Shown here: one piece after another, positions 9,473 to 20,299 of the stretch
Layout of the letters: every line of letters starts with the position of its first letter
Position numbering within the stretch: position 1 is the first letter of the stretch
Made by a program: the position numbers and the translations under genes
The notes under the pieces: model-generated
Database searches by the model: none
What the model saw: the letters and a program-made list of their open reading frames with translations, nothing else
What the model was told of the DNA's origin: nothing
Assembly: GCA_003327425.1 (NCBI GenBank)
Contig: QOQW01000007.1
Location: 71,901 to 135,900, forward strand
DNA from: Candidatus Ozemobacter sibiricus
GTDB taxonomy: Bacteria; Muiribacteriota; Ozemobacteria; Ozemobacterales; Ozemobacteraceae
Length of the DNA stretch: 64,000 nucleotides
Direction: 5' to 3'

Positions 9473-10843
9473 TCAGCGCGCGCGGCGGGGGGCCGGTCGT
9501 CGTGGCGTCGTGGTGGCGGCGGGCGCGGGGGAGCGCGGCGCCGCGGCCGGCGGGTTGCCCTTGCCCCAGACGGCATACTGGTGGCCGGAGGTGAGCAGGG
9601 TGAAGGATGGATCGGGCGACCAGTCGGCGGCACCCAGCTTCATCGCGACTTTCCCGTCGATGATCGCGGCGTAGAGATTCTGTTCGGCCTTCACGATCTG
9701 GACCTTGCTGGCCCGATGCAGGCCGAACTGCTTGCGGATGTCGACCAGCTTCTTGATCGGGCCCCGCAGGTGCCAGTCGTAGATGTGTTCCCAGAACAGG
9801 CAGGGGGTGCCGGGGTGGGTCAGGATGTAGGCGTAGCCGAGCATGATCTTCTCGCCCGGGAAGGGCCAGTGGCTCTGTTGCGATCCGGTGTCGTGGTTGT
9901 CGAGGAAGGTGACGGCCCGTTCGGGCCACCAGCCGATCAGGCCGGCCGGCTTGCCCTGGCTATCGCGCAGGCGCCAGAACTCGCCGTGCGCCGCCACCTG
10001 CAGGATGCCTTTGGTGGTGAAATCGAAGGCGCACGCGGTCTTGCCGGCGCGATCGAGCCAATCGCAGAGAGCCTGGCGATGGGCATCCTGGTTGGGGTTG
10101 AGGTAGGACCCGCTGAACGACATGTCGGTCCAGATCTCGCCGACCGAGAAGCAGGGGGCGGTGGCGCGGTCGTAGAGGTCGACGAAGGCGGCCCCATACC
10201 CTTTCGAGTAATCGTATCGCCAGCCGTCGAACCCCAGTTTTTTCAGCCATTTCATCCATTCGATGATGTCGGCCTGCACGGTGGGGTTGGTGTGGTCGAG
10301 GTCGGGCGCCGGCGGGAAATTCTCGCCGGTATCGGGATTGCCGGTCCCGCCGTATTCCCCGCGGCAGATGGCCCACTGCTCCCACCGGGCCTTGCCCGAG
10401 GGGAAATGGAAGATGTTCCAGATGCCGTTCTGGTCCTGCTGTCCGGCGCAGCGATGGTTGATGACGATGTCGGCCAGGGCCAGCACCCCGACCGCCTCGA
10501 GCTGGCGCAGGGCCGTCACAAGCTGTTCGTAATCGCCGTAGAAGGTCGGGCTGCCATGGGTGCCGACATCGTAGTAGTCGCCGGGGAGGTAGCCCTGGGG
10601 GCTCACCGAGCGCGACACGGGCGGAAACCAGACCATCGTCACCCCGAGGTCGGCGATATCCTTCGCGCGGTCGCCGATCAGCTTGTACCATTTGCCGGGG
10701 ACGCCGTTGTTCGTCGAATTCCAGCCGAACCCCTGGAGCATGATCTCGTGGTCGCCGGTCGCCCGCGGCACCGCGTCGGCCGTCCCGCCCAGAATCACCA
10801 TGCCCAGGACGGCCATCAGGACCATCCGGAGATGCCGCACCAT
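9473..10843 (-). CDS. Secreted alpha-amylase, glycoside hydrolase family 13
   Basis: Signal peptide; GH13 conserved regions (GVTMVWFPP, GFDGWRYDYSKG, EIW, FLDNHD). Confidence 0.85.
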   Translation of the reverse strand: MVRHLRMVLMAVLGMVILGGTADAVPRATGDHEIMLQGFGWNSTNNGVPGKWYKLIGDRAKDIADLGVTMVWFPPVSRSVSPQGYLPGDYYDVGTHGSPTFYGDYEQLVTALRQLEAVGVLALADIVINHRCAGQQDQNGIWNIFHFPSGKARWEQWAICRGEYGGTGNPDTGENFPPAPDLDHTNPTVQADIIEWMKWLKKLGFDGWRYDYSKGYGAAFVDLYDRATAPCFSVGEIWTDMSFSGSYLNPNQDAHRQALCDWLDRAGKTACAFDFTTKGILQVAAHGEFWRLRDSQGKPAGLIGWWPERAVTFLDNHDTGSQQSHWPFPGEKIMLGYAYILTHPGTPCLFWEHIYDWHLRGPIKKLVDIRKQFGLHRASKVQIVKAEQNLYAAIIDGKVAMKLGAADWSPDPSFTLLTSGHQYAVWGKGNPPAAAPRSPAPAATTTPRRPAPRRAR

Positions 10844-10871
10844 AGCTGTGCCCCCCTACAGTATTTTCCTC

Positions 10872-10877
10872 ATTATA
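10872..10877 (-). promoter_or_regulatory. Perfect TATAAT -10 hexamer upstream of amylase gene
   Basis: Minus-strand reading GCTATAATG 29 nt upstream of the amylase ATG in an otherwise GC-rich divergent intergenic region; -35 is weak (TGGATG at 18 nt). Confidence 0.3.
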
Positions 10878-10918
10878 GCTGAATCTCACCTGGCTCATCC
10901 AGGGTCCTGAAAAGAAAA

Positions 10919-12627
10919 TTGGGCGCCTTGTTCCGCGGCGCCCGCGTGGGCTATCATGCCGTCATGGGGCTGCCTGGCGCGCGGTGGTCGCACCTGATTC
11001 CCCGCACCTTGTTCGGGCGGGCGTTCCTGTCGGTGTTCGGGCTGTCGTTGCTGCTGGTCACCGTGGTCGGGGCCTGGTTCCATCACCGTACCTTCACCCG
11101 GCTCGACGCCGAAGCCTCGCATCGGCTCCTGCTCGGGGCCCGTCTGCTGGCCGGCGAGCTGGCTGCCTTCCGTTCGCCCGAGAGCCAAGAGGGCCAGCCA
11201 CCGGCCAGCGGGAGCGCCGGGGCCGGGCCCGATCCCGAGACGGTGAACGCCTGGCTGGCCCGGCGGTTCGAGGTCGGGCAGAGCATGGGCTGGATCCAGA
11301 ACGTCTACTGGGTCGATCTGCGGGAAGGGCGGGCCCGGTTCCTGGCATCCTATTCGGTGGCGGCGGCCGGTCGGGCCACCCTGCTGCCACCCACCCTCGA
11401 CGAGATCGAAGACCTGATCGACCAGGGGCTGAACGCCCTCGATGCTGGCCAGCCGGCATTTCCGGACCCATTCACCCAGGCGTCGAGCCGGCGGTTCAAG
11501 ATCGTGCTGTGGCCGCTGTTGGATGACGACGGCTTCCTCGATTCGGTGATCGGTCTCGAAGCCGATCTGGACTACCTCGATCTGGCCGTGGCGACCCGCC
11601 AGACGACCGCCTGGGCGGTGCTGCTGGCCGTGCCCCTCTGCGCGCTGACCTCCTATTGGTGGGCGCGCGGCGCCAGCCGACGGATCGATCGGCTGCTGGC
11701 CGATCTCGAGCGACTGGCCCGGCGCGACCCGGTGGTCGCCGAGGAGCTGGGCATTCGCGAGCTGGACGCTTTGCGGCGAGGGTTGGTCGACCTTGGCCGG
11801 CAGGTCGAGGCGCGCGATCGTCACCTGCAGATGGTCCATGCCGAAAAGCTGCAGGAGCTGGCCCTGCTGGGCGGGGCGATCGCGCATGAGATCCGCAATC
11901 CGCTGTCGGCCATCGATCTGCACCTGGGGTTGCTGCGGCGCGCCGCGGCGGGGGCGGATGGCGCGCTGGCCGACGCCTGCCGCGAGATCCAGGACCAGGT
12001 GGCCCGCCTGCAATCGCTCGTCGAGCGCTTCCTGGCCTATACGCGTCGCGTCGAACCGCGGCTCGAACCGCTCGACCTGGTGACCGTGGTGGCAGAGGCC
12101 ATGGGGCGGGCGGCCCGGCTGCCGCCCGCGTTCGTCTGGCGGTGGCAGGGCACGGACGAGATGGCCGCACCGCTGGCGCCCGAGACAGTGGACCCTGCCG
12201 CCGTCGCTCCGGCCACCCCGGGCGGCAACCAGGCGAGGGCCTCGGGGAGCGAGGCGATGGCGGGGCCGGGCCGGCCGTGCGGGCCGGGGTGGCGTGTTCG
12301 GGGCGACCCGGCCATGCTGGCCCAGGTGCTCGACAATCTCATCGCCAACGCCCGCGCGGCCCGACCGGAGGGATTGGTGATCGAACTGGCGCTGGAGCGG
12401 GCGGACGGCCGGGTCGCCCTGAGCCTGTGCGACAATGGGCCGGGCCTGCCGCCGTCGGTCGCCGAGCGGCTGTTCACGCCGTTCGTTACCGGCCGTCCCG
12501 ACGGACACGGGATCGGCCTGGCCCTGTCGCGCAAGCTGATCGAGGCGCAGGGAGGGCGGCTGAGCTGGCGTCCCGTGCCGCCGCCGGGGCAGGGCGCCTG
12601 TTTCTGCATCGAACTGCCGGAGGTGCC

Positions 12628-12631
<4 letters not shown>
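10919..12631 (+). CDS. Sensor histidine kinase (membrane-bound, HisKA + HATPase_c)
   Basis: N-terminal TM segments; H-box AHEIRNPLSAI; N/G boxes (DNLIANA, DNGPGLPP, GHGIGLAL). Confidence 0.8.
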
Positions 12632-14103
<1,472 letters not shown>

Positions 14104-14247
14104 TCCGGTTCCGCCCCGCTTCCCGCCGCTCCTCGCCGCCTCCCCCGTCGCGGCCGCCACTGGCCGACCGTGGGGTCTGTTCCGCCCTCGGGCGATGAGA
14201 ACACCCTCCCCGACCCCAGGCAGAGGCCATGGTCGGGACCGAGGCCA

Positions 14248-14287
14248 GGCAGGCTCACGGCGGCTTCAGGCCGGGCGTGAGCCTGCC
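14248..14287. terminator. Hairpin between convergent genes (12-bp stem GGCAGGCTCACG/CGTGAGCCTGCC, 16-nt loop)
   Basis: Perfect inverted repeat read from sequence between the response-regulator stop (14103) and the stop of the minus-strand gene (14303); possible bidirectional terminator. Confidence 0.35.
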
Positions 14288-14302
14288 CGGGCCGGGGATC
14301 GG

Positions 14303-14914
14303 TCATTGGAACCTGGACAGGATCTTCTGGTAGGACGCTTCGAGCTTTTTGGTGGCCTCGGCGACCATCTTGTCGATCTCGGCCAGGATTTCCTTCTGCG
14401 TGGCTTCGAGTTCGGCCTTCACGCGGGCCTGATCTTCAGGCTTCAGTCGGGCGAGGCGGGCTTCGACGCGGGCCTGGCGATCGCTGGCCCGCTTCTGGAA
14501 CATCTCCTTGCGTTCGGCGATGCGGGCCTTCATCTGTTCGAACCGGGCCGTGATCCGCTTCTTCATCTCTTCGCTCTGGCCAGCGGCCGCTCCCGGAGCA
14601 TCCTGACCGGACTGGCCGGCCGGGCGGTCCCGGAGGCGCCCGCCCCGCTGGGCCATCCGTTCTTCCAGCCGGTCGAGCCGTTCGACCATGCGGTCGAACC
14701 GTTGCTTGATCCGCTCCAGGATCTTGCCTTTGCGGGTGCGGATCCGTTCGATGATCTGATCGACCGACAGATTCTGCAGGCAGGTGCGCGGGCCGGGACC
14801 GTCGGGGCCCAGCAGGTCGCCGCTCGCCTCTTCCGTCGCCGGTTTCTGGGCCCAGGCGGGCTGCCAGAAGGCCACCATCAGGATGCCCAACAATAGGATC
14901 AGAGAGGTACGCAT
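14303..14914 (-). CDS. Secreted coiled-coil protein (hypothetical; Spy/CpxP- or OmpH-like periplasmic helical protein)
   Basis: Signal peptide MRTSLILLLGILMVAFWQPAWA then ~170 aa of charged heptad-like helices (…KKRITARFEQMKARIAERKEMFQKR…). Confidence 0.5.
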   Translation of the reverse strand: MRTSLILLLGILMVAFWQPAWAQKPATEEASGDLLGPDGPGPRTCLQNLSVDQIIERIRTRKGKILERIKQRFDRMVERLDRLEERMAQRGGRLRDRPAGQSGQDAPGAAAGQSEEMKKRITARFEQMKARIAERKEMFQKRASDRQARVEARLARLKPEDQARVKAELEATQKEILAEIDKMVAEATKKLEASYQKILSRFQ

Positions 14915-15229
14915 GTCGTCGTCTCCTTGCGTGAGGTTGGCCGGTCAGGCCGTTGCCTCATACTGTGGAGCAAACGACATACCAGGCGCGCGCTCGTGCG
15001 AAACCTCTGATCAGGTCAAGGATTTCGATGACATTAGGGGAGCGCCTGTCCAGGGCTGGACACTCATGATTCTGGCTGGCGTGTCCGGATCTGGACAGCC
15101 AAGGCCGGGACCGTCCCGATTTTTTCCTGCTGGTTCGGCAGGGGGCCGGGCGGTCGCCCGTGCGGACCTCAACCCCGATGGACGAATTGCCGATAGATTG
15201 CAAGACCCTATCCAGGTCAGGAAAGGGCC

Positions 15230-16870
15230 ATGTCAATCAAGGACTCGCTGAAACAATTCGTGGGGCTGCTCCTGCTGGGGCAGATCTTCCTGGTCGGCGC
15301 CATCATCCAGGAACAGCCGGTCTTGCCCAGGAGCCGGGCCGATGGACCTGACCGCTATGCCATGCGGGCCGGTTCCGCAGAAGCTGGGGCGACGGGAGCC
15401 GGCGAGCGATTGGCGATGAAGATGGCGCCATCCGCTCTGGTCGCGTCCGCCGCGGTTCATGCCGGGTTGGCCCAAGGGGTTGCGATGGCTTCGGCCGCGG
15501 TTCCCACCGTGGCCTCTTCTTCCCCGATCCTCGAGGAGGTCGCCATCAAGGGCATCACCCATCGGGGTGAAGAGCCGTTCCAGATGGTGGAGTTCGATCT
15601 GGCCGCCCCGGTTCGCTATGTCAAAGTGGCTCATCGCGGGAAGCTCCTGCGGTTGCGAGTGCAGCCTCCGCTCAGCCTGCTGGCGCTGGAAACCGTCGAT
15701 GAGCTGAACACCATCTTCCGGAAGTTCTCCCAGTTCCGCGGGCCGCGGTATTCCGAATATGTGTTCTACGCCGGCGGACGGATCGGGGAGCCGTATCTGG
15801 CCACCTCCACGACGGGGCTTCCGCAACTGGTCATCCCCTTCCAGGCCAGAGATACCGAATTCCCTCTGTCGGGCGGCGAGATGCTGACCGATGGGGTGAC
15901 CTACTATCGGGATCGGGTGCCCACCGCGGCGGGGCCGGCCGATGCCTTCATCCTGCGGGTCGAGCCGTTCGAGTCGTCGGTGAGCGTCGTGCCGGTGCTG
16001 GCCAACGAAGGCATCTGCCAGAAGGAAGTGCTCAGTTCGATCGGACGGCGGTACGACGCGGTGGCGGCCATCAATGGGTGCTACTTCACGCCGCGCGGCG
16101 ATCCGATCGGAACGTTGATCATCAATCGGCGCCTGATCAGCTCGCCCCTCTATGCCCGTTCGGTGTTCGGCATTTCGACCAATGGCACGCCGCTGTTCGG
16201 CAACCCGGATTTCTCGGGTACGCTCAAGGCCGGCGCGGTCCGCATCGAGATCGATGCGGTCAATCAGCCCCGCAGCGACGACCGGCTGGTCATCTATACC
16301 CCCGAATTCGCCCGCAGCACCCGAACGACCGAGCCGGGCAAAGAACTGGTGCTCGTCCAGGGGCGGGTGGTCGGCATCCATGACCGCGATGCGATCATCC
16401 CGCCCGATGGCGTGGTGGTGTCGGCCGGGGGCAGGAAGGCCGACGCCCTCGCGAACGTTCGGCTGGGCGATACCGTGACCCTCGACTACCGGATCAATCC
16501 CCCCTGGAATACTGTCCAGCACGCCGTCTGCGGCGGGCCCCGCCTGTTATCCGAAGGGCGGATCGATATCAACGGTCAGGAAGAGAAGTTCGACGTTTCG
16601 ATCGTCAGAGGAAGGCATCCGCGGACGGCGGTGGCACAGACCTTCAATGGCGATCTGTTGTTCGTGGTGGTGGATGGACGCTCCCCTCGCAGTGCCGGCA
16701 TGACCCTGGCCGAACTGGCGGCCTACCTGAAGAAACTGGGAGGGCGGTCCGCGATCAATCTCGACGGCGGTGGCTCCTCGACCATGCTGGTCAAGGGACG
16801 GGTGGTCAATCGCCCATCGGATGGAAGGGAAAGGCCGATTTCCAATGGCATCGTCATCACGCGCAATTGA
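15230..16870 (+). CDS. Phosphodiester glycosidase family protein (NAGPA-like domain)
   Basis: C-terminal region with AINLDGGGSSTMLVKGRVVNRPSDGRERPISNGIVI typical of phosphodiester glycosidase domain; N-terminal hydrophobic anchor. Confidence 0.65.
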   Translation: MSIKDSLKQFVGLLLLGQIFLVGAIIQEQPVLPRSRADGPDRYAMRAGSAEAGATGAGERLAMKMAPSALVASAAVHAGLAQGVAMASAAVPTVASSSPILEEVAIKGITHRGEEPFQMVEFDLAAPVRYVKVAHRGKLLRLRVQPPLSLLALETVDELNTIFRKFSQFRGPRYSEYVFYAGGRIGEPYLATSTTGLPQLVIPFQARDTEFPLSGGEMLTDGVTYYRDRVPTAAGPADAFILRVEPFESSVSVVPVLANEGICQKEVLSSIGRRYDAVAAINGCYFTPRGDPIGTLIINRRLISSPLYARSVFGISTNGTPLFGNPDFSGTLKAGAVRIEIDAVNQPRSDDRLVIYTPEFARSTRTTEPGKELVLVQGRVVGIHDRDAIIPPDGVVVSAGGRKADALANVRLGDTVTLDYRINPPWNTVQHAVCGGPRLLSEGRIDINGQEEKFDVSIVRGRHPRTAVAQTFNGDLLFVVVDGRSPRSAGMTLAELAAYLKKLGGRSAINLDGGGSSTMLVKGRVVNRPSDGRERPISNGIVITRN

Positions 16871-18743
16871 ATGGCGGCGCCGGAGCGCTGTCCTGTTGCT
16901 CTTTTTGTGGTCGGGGATGGCTGTCTGGGCCCGTCCTGACATCATGCCGCTGAAAGATGTCAAGGTCGGCATGAAAGGCATCGGCAAGACGGTCATCCGC
17001 GGGCGCGATATCGAGACCTTCACTGTCGAAGTGATGGGGATCTTGTCGAACAACAAGCTCAACGAAAACATCCTGATCTCCGGGCAATCCATTCTGGTCA
17101 AGGTCGGGGGCAAGGTGATCGAAGAGGCGGGCGGCATTGCCGCCGGCATGAGCGGCAGCCCGGTCTTCATCAACAACAAGCTGGTGGGCGGCCTGAGTTC
17201 GGGATGGGTGATGACCGATCACACTGTGGGCCTGGTCACGCCCATCGAAGAGATGCTCAGCATCTGGGATTACCCTTCGACGGCCGCGCTTCGCAAAAGC
17301 GATCTCGGGCAGCCGGTCCGGTGGGTCAGCACCACTCCGCTGCGTCTGGGGAATGTCACCTCCCGTCACCTGTGGGAAGTGGATGACCCCGCTGACCTGG
17401 CCAAGGCGGGCCTGCCGGCCGATGCGCCAGTGTTCGTGCGCGCCCGCACTCCGGTGATGGTGCAGGGCCTTTCGGAGAAGTATCTACGGCGACTGAACGA
17501 ACGCTTTCGGGGCATCCGGTTGCAGGCGGCGCCGACGCCCCCCGCTCCACCCTCGGCGGGGCCTTCCGCCCTCCCCGGCACGGTGCCGAACGGCCCCGCC
17601 TCGTCCGGGCGTCCGGCGACGGTTCCGACCGCCACCGACTCCTTCGAGCCAGGATCGGCCCTCGGCGTGCAACTGGCCCGGGGCGACATCAATCTGACCA
17701 CCATCGGCACGCTGACCTACCGTGACGGGAAGCGGATCCTCGGGTTCGCCCACCCCTTCCTGAAAAAAGGGAATGTGTCGTTCCTGATGACGGCCACCCA
17801 TATCTACCACTGCTTCTCCAGTGTGCAGATGCCGTTCAAGATCGGGGCTCCCACCGAGATGCTGGGCGTGATCACCCAGGACCGCGAGAAGGGCATCGCT
17901 GGCGAGATCGGTCGCTTTCCCGCCCTGGTACCGGTGCAGCTCGAGGTCACCGACAAAGACCTGAAACGGTCGCGCAGCATCAGCTACCAGGTCGTGCGCG
18001 ATCCGACGGTGTTCATCTCGGTCATCGAATCGACCCTCAGCCAGGCCATCGAGGAGGTCTGCGACCGGGAAGGCGGCGGGACCGCCCTGCTGGGAATCGC
18101 CCTCGAGTGCGCCAATGCCAGCGGCAAGCAGTACCAGTTCCGTCGCGAGAACCTCTTCTATTCCAAGAATGACATTGTGGGGACTCTGATCGGCGAGGTG
18201 ACCAGCCTGCTGGAATCGGTCATCGAGAGCGAGCTGGAAGAGGTCTATCCCGTTCGCCTCATGCTGAAGATCGAGATGGAGAAGGCCCGGCGCACGCTCA
18301 CCATCGAAAAGGTGGAGGTCAAGAATACCTCGATCACGCCGGGCGGCATGCTCGAGGCCTGGGTCACCATCCGGCCCTTCCGGGAGAAGAGCCTGGTGCG
18401 CAAGGCCCGGCTGCCCATTCCTTCCGACCTCGGCAAGGAGACGCTGGTGCTGTCGGTCTACGGGCTGAATTCCCGGGTCGACGAGGGCGAGTCGGGCGGG
18501 GATGGCAAGGAGGGCGGCAAGGGAGGGCGCGACCAGAAGGTCGAAGAGGGCAATGAGACGTTCGAAGGCGCCATGTCGGCCTGGGTCAATTCCCCGAAGA
18601 ATTCCGACCTCATCTTCCATCTGGCGGCGGAAGGGGAGGAAATGAAGAAGAACCGGACCGGCTCCCGCGACCTGGAGATCCAGCCCACCAACCTGGTCGT
18701 CCTGGGGCGGGTCGAGACCACGATCACCTTGTCCGAGGAATGA
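16845..18743 (+). CDS. Peptidase S55 (SpoIVB-like) domain protein with long C-terminal extension
   Basis: Signal-like segment then catalytic-serine motif GIAAGMSGSPVF characteristic of SpoIVB/S55 peptidases; start chosen at internal ATG (ORF 16770..18743 overlaps upstream gene). Confidence 0.6.
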   Translation: MASSSRAIEWRRRSAVLLLFLWSGMAVWARPDIMPLKDVKVGMKGIGKTVIRGRDIETFTVEVMGILSNNKLNENILISGQSILVKVGGKVIEEAGGIAAGMSGSPVFINNKLVGGLSSGWVMTDHTVGLVTPIEEMLSIWDYPSTAALRKSDLGQPVRWVSTTPLRLGNVTSRHLWEVDDPADLAKAGLPADAPVFVRARTPVMVQGLSEKYLRRLNERFRGIRLQAAPTPPAPPSAGPSALPGTVPNGPASSGRPATVPTATDSFEPGSALGVQLARGDINLTTIGTLTYRDGKRILGFAHPFLKKGNVSFLMTATHIYHCFSSVQMPFKIGAPTEMLGVITQDREKGIAGEIGRFPALVPVQLEVTDKDLKRSRSISYQVVRDPTVFISVIESTLSQAIEEVCDREGGGTALLGIALECANASGKQYQFRRENLFYSKNDIVGTLIGEVTSLLESVIESELEEVYPVRLMLKIEMEKARRTLTIEKVEVKNTSITPGGMLEAWVTIRPFREKSLVRKARLPIPSDLGKETLVLSVYGLNSRVDEGESGGDGKEGGKGGRDQKVEEGNETFEGAMSAWVNSPKNSDLIFHLAAEGEEMKKNRTGSRDLEIQPTNLVVLGRVETTITLSEE

Positions 18744-18747
18744 TCTG

Positions 18748-19539
18748 ATGATCCTCCTTGACCTCATCCGGGATTTCGTCCTGCTGTTCGGCAGTCTGGC
18801 CATTCTCTTCCTGCAGTCGATCTACTGGACCATCCACGGTCTTCGCACCGGGCGACTGGGCTGGAAGAACCTGATGGACCAGATGTCCCGCATCGGCGTC
18901 GATTCCTTCCCGATGGTGGCCATCACGGGATTCTCGACCGGCGCCGTGCTGGTCGTGCAGATCGGCTATCAGTTCGCCCAACTGGGAGCCCAGCGCTACG
19001 TCGGCGGCGTGGTCAGCATGGCCATGGCCCGCGAACTGGCGCCCATCCTGACCGGCATCGTCGTGGCCGGCCGCATTGGCAGCTCGATCGCCGCCGAGCT
19101 GGGCACGATGAAGATCACCGAGCAGATCGATGCCCTCGAGACGATGGCCACCAACCCGGTCGACGAACTGGTGGTGCCCCGCTTCTGGGGTTGCACCATC
19201 ATGCTGGTGGTCCTGACCATCTTCACCAACGTGATCGGCATGATCGGCGGCTCGATCGTCGCCGTCAATCAGATCGGGCTGACCATGACCACCTTCGTCG
19301 ATTCCATCCTGCAGAACCTCAAGATCCAGGATCTGATGGGCGGGCTGTTCAAAGCCATGGTCTTCGGGGCGTTGATCGGTGTCATCGGCTGCTACAAAGG
19401 CTTCACCACCGAAGGCGGCGCCGAGGGGGTCGGCAAGAGCACGACCGGCGCCGTCGTGCTGGCCATCATGTTCATCCTGGCGGTCAACTATTTCCTGACC
19501 GTCGGCATCAACAATTTCAACACGGCCTATCTCTCATGA
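18748..19539 (+). CDS. mlaE: Phospholipid ABC transporter permease MlaE
   Basis: 263-aa polytopic protein with conserved MlaE core (…RELAPILTGIVVAGRIGSSIAAELGTMKITEQIDALETMATNPV…). Confidence 0.85.
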   Translation: MILLDLIRDFVLLFGSLAILFLQSIYWTIHGLRTGRLGWKNLMDQMSRIGVDSFPMVAITGFSTGAVLVVQIGYQFAQLGAQRYVGGVVSMAMARELAPILTGIVVAGRIGSSIAAELGTMKITEQIDALETMATNPVDELVVPRFWGCTIMLVVLTIFTNVIGMIGGSIVAVNQIGLTMTTFVDSILQNLKIQDLMGGLFKAMVFGALIGVIGCYKGFTTEGGAEGVGKSTTGAVVLAIMFILAVNYFLTVGINNFNTAYLS

Positions 19540-20282
19540 TCATCATCTCGAACCTCTGCAAGCGATTCGGTCCCAAGGAGGTGCTGCGCGGGATCAACCT
19601 CAAGATCTACGATGGGGAATCGCTGGTCATCCTGGGGCCCTCGGGCTGCGGCAAGAGCGTCCTGCTCAAGCACATCATCGGGCTTCTCAAACCCGACGAG
19701 GGGCAGGTGCTGATCGATGGCGAGGACATCACCAAGTTCGATCAGAAACGGCTCGATGCTCTGCGCATGCGCATGGGGATGCTGTTCCAGTCGGCGGCGC
19801 TCTTCGACTCGCTGACGGTCGAGGAGAACATCGCCTTCGGCCTGCGCAAGCACACCAATCTGTCCGATCTGGCCATCCACCACATCGTCTCGGAGAAACT
19901 CGAAATGGTCGGCCTGCCTGGCGCGAACCACCTGATGCCTTCCGAGCTGTCAGGCGGCATGCGCAAACGGGTGGGGCTGGCGCGGGCCATCGCCATGGAG
20001 CCCGAAATCATCCTCTACGATGAACCGACCACCGGGCTCGATCCGATCATGACCTGCGCCATCGACGAACTGCATCTGAGCCTCAAAGAACGGCTCGGGG
20101 TGACTTCGATCGTCGTCACCCACGATCTCAATTCGGCCTATCGCATCGGTGACCGCCTGGCCCTGCACTATGGGGGCCGCATCGTGGCCATCGGCACCAA
20201 GGATGAAATCATCAACTCGCCCGACCCCCTCGTCCAGCAGTTCATCCGGGGCGAAGCCAAGGGGCCCATGACACTTCTGTAA
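19536..20282 (+). CDS. mlaF: Phospholipid ABC transporter ATP-binding protein MlaF
   Basis: Walker A GPSGCGKS, ABC signature LSGGMRKRVGLARA, Walker B ILYDEPTTGLD; ATGA overlap with mlaE stop. Confidence 0.9.
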   Translation: MIIISNLCKRFGPKEVLRGINLKIYDGESLVILGPSGCGKSVLLKHIIGLLKPDEGQVLIDGEDITKFDQKRLDALRMRMGMLFQSAALFDSLTVEENIAFGLRKHTNLSDLAIHHIVSEKLEMVGLPGANHLMPSELSGGMRKRVGLARAIAMEPEIILYDEPTTGLDPIMTCAIDELHLSLKERLGVTSIVVTHDLNSAYRIGDRLALHYGGRIVAIGTKDEIINSPDPLVQQFIRGEAKGPMTLL

Positions 20283-20299
20283 AGCTCCAGGAGCAGCAC

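Noticed and set aside
15060-15150. Possible terminator (GGGAC-C-GTCCC + GATTTTTTCC) in the 14915..15229 intergenic region
   Set aside because: The stem has only a 1-nt loop and is not sterically plausible; there is no upstream plus-strand gene to terminate. An alternative GGACAC/GTGTCC pair has a 17-nt loop. Left uncalled.
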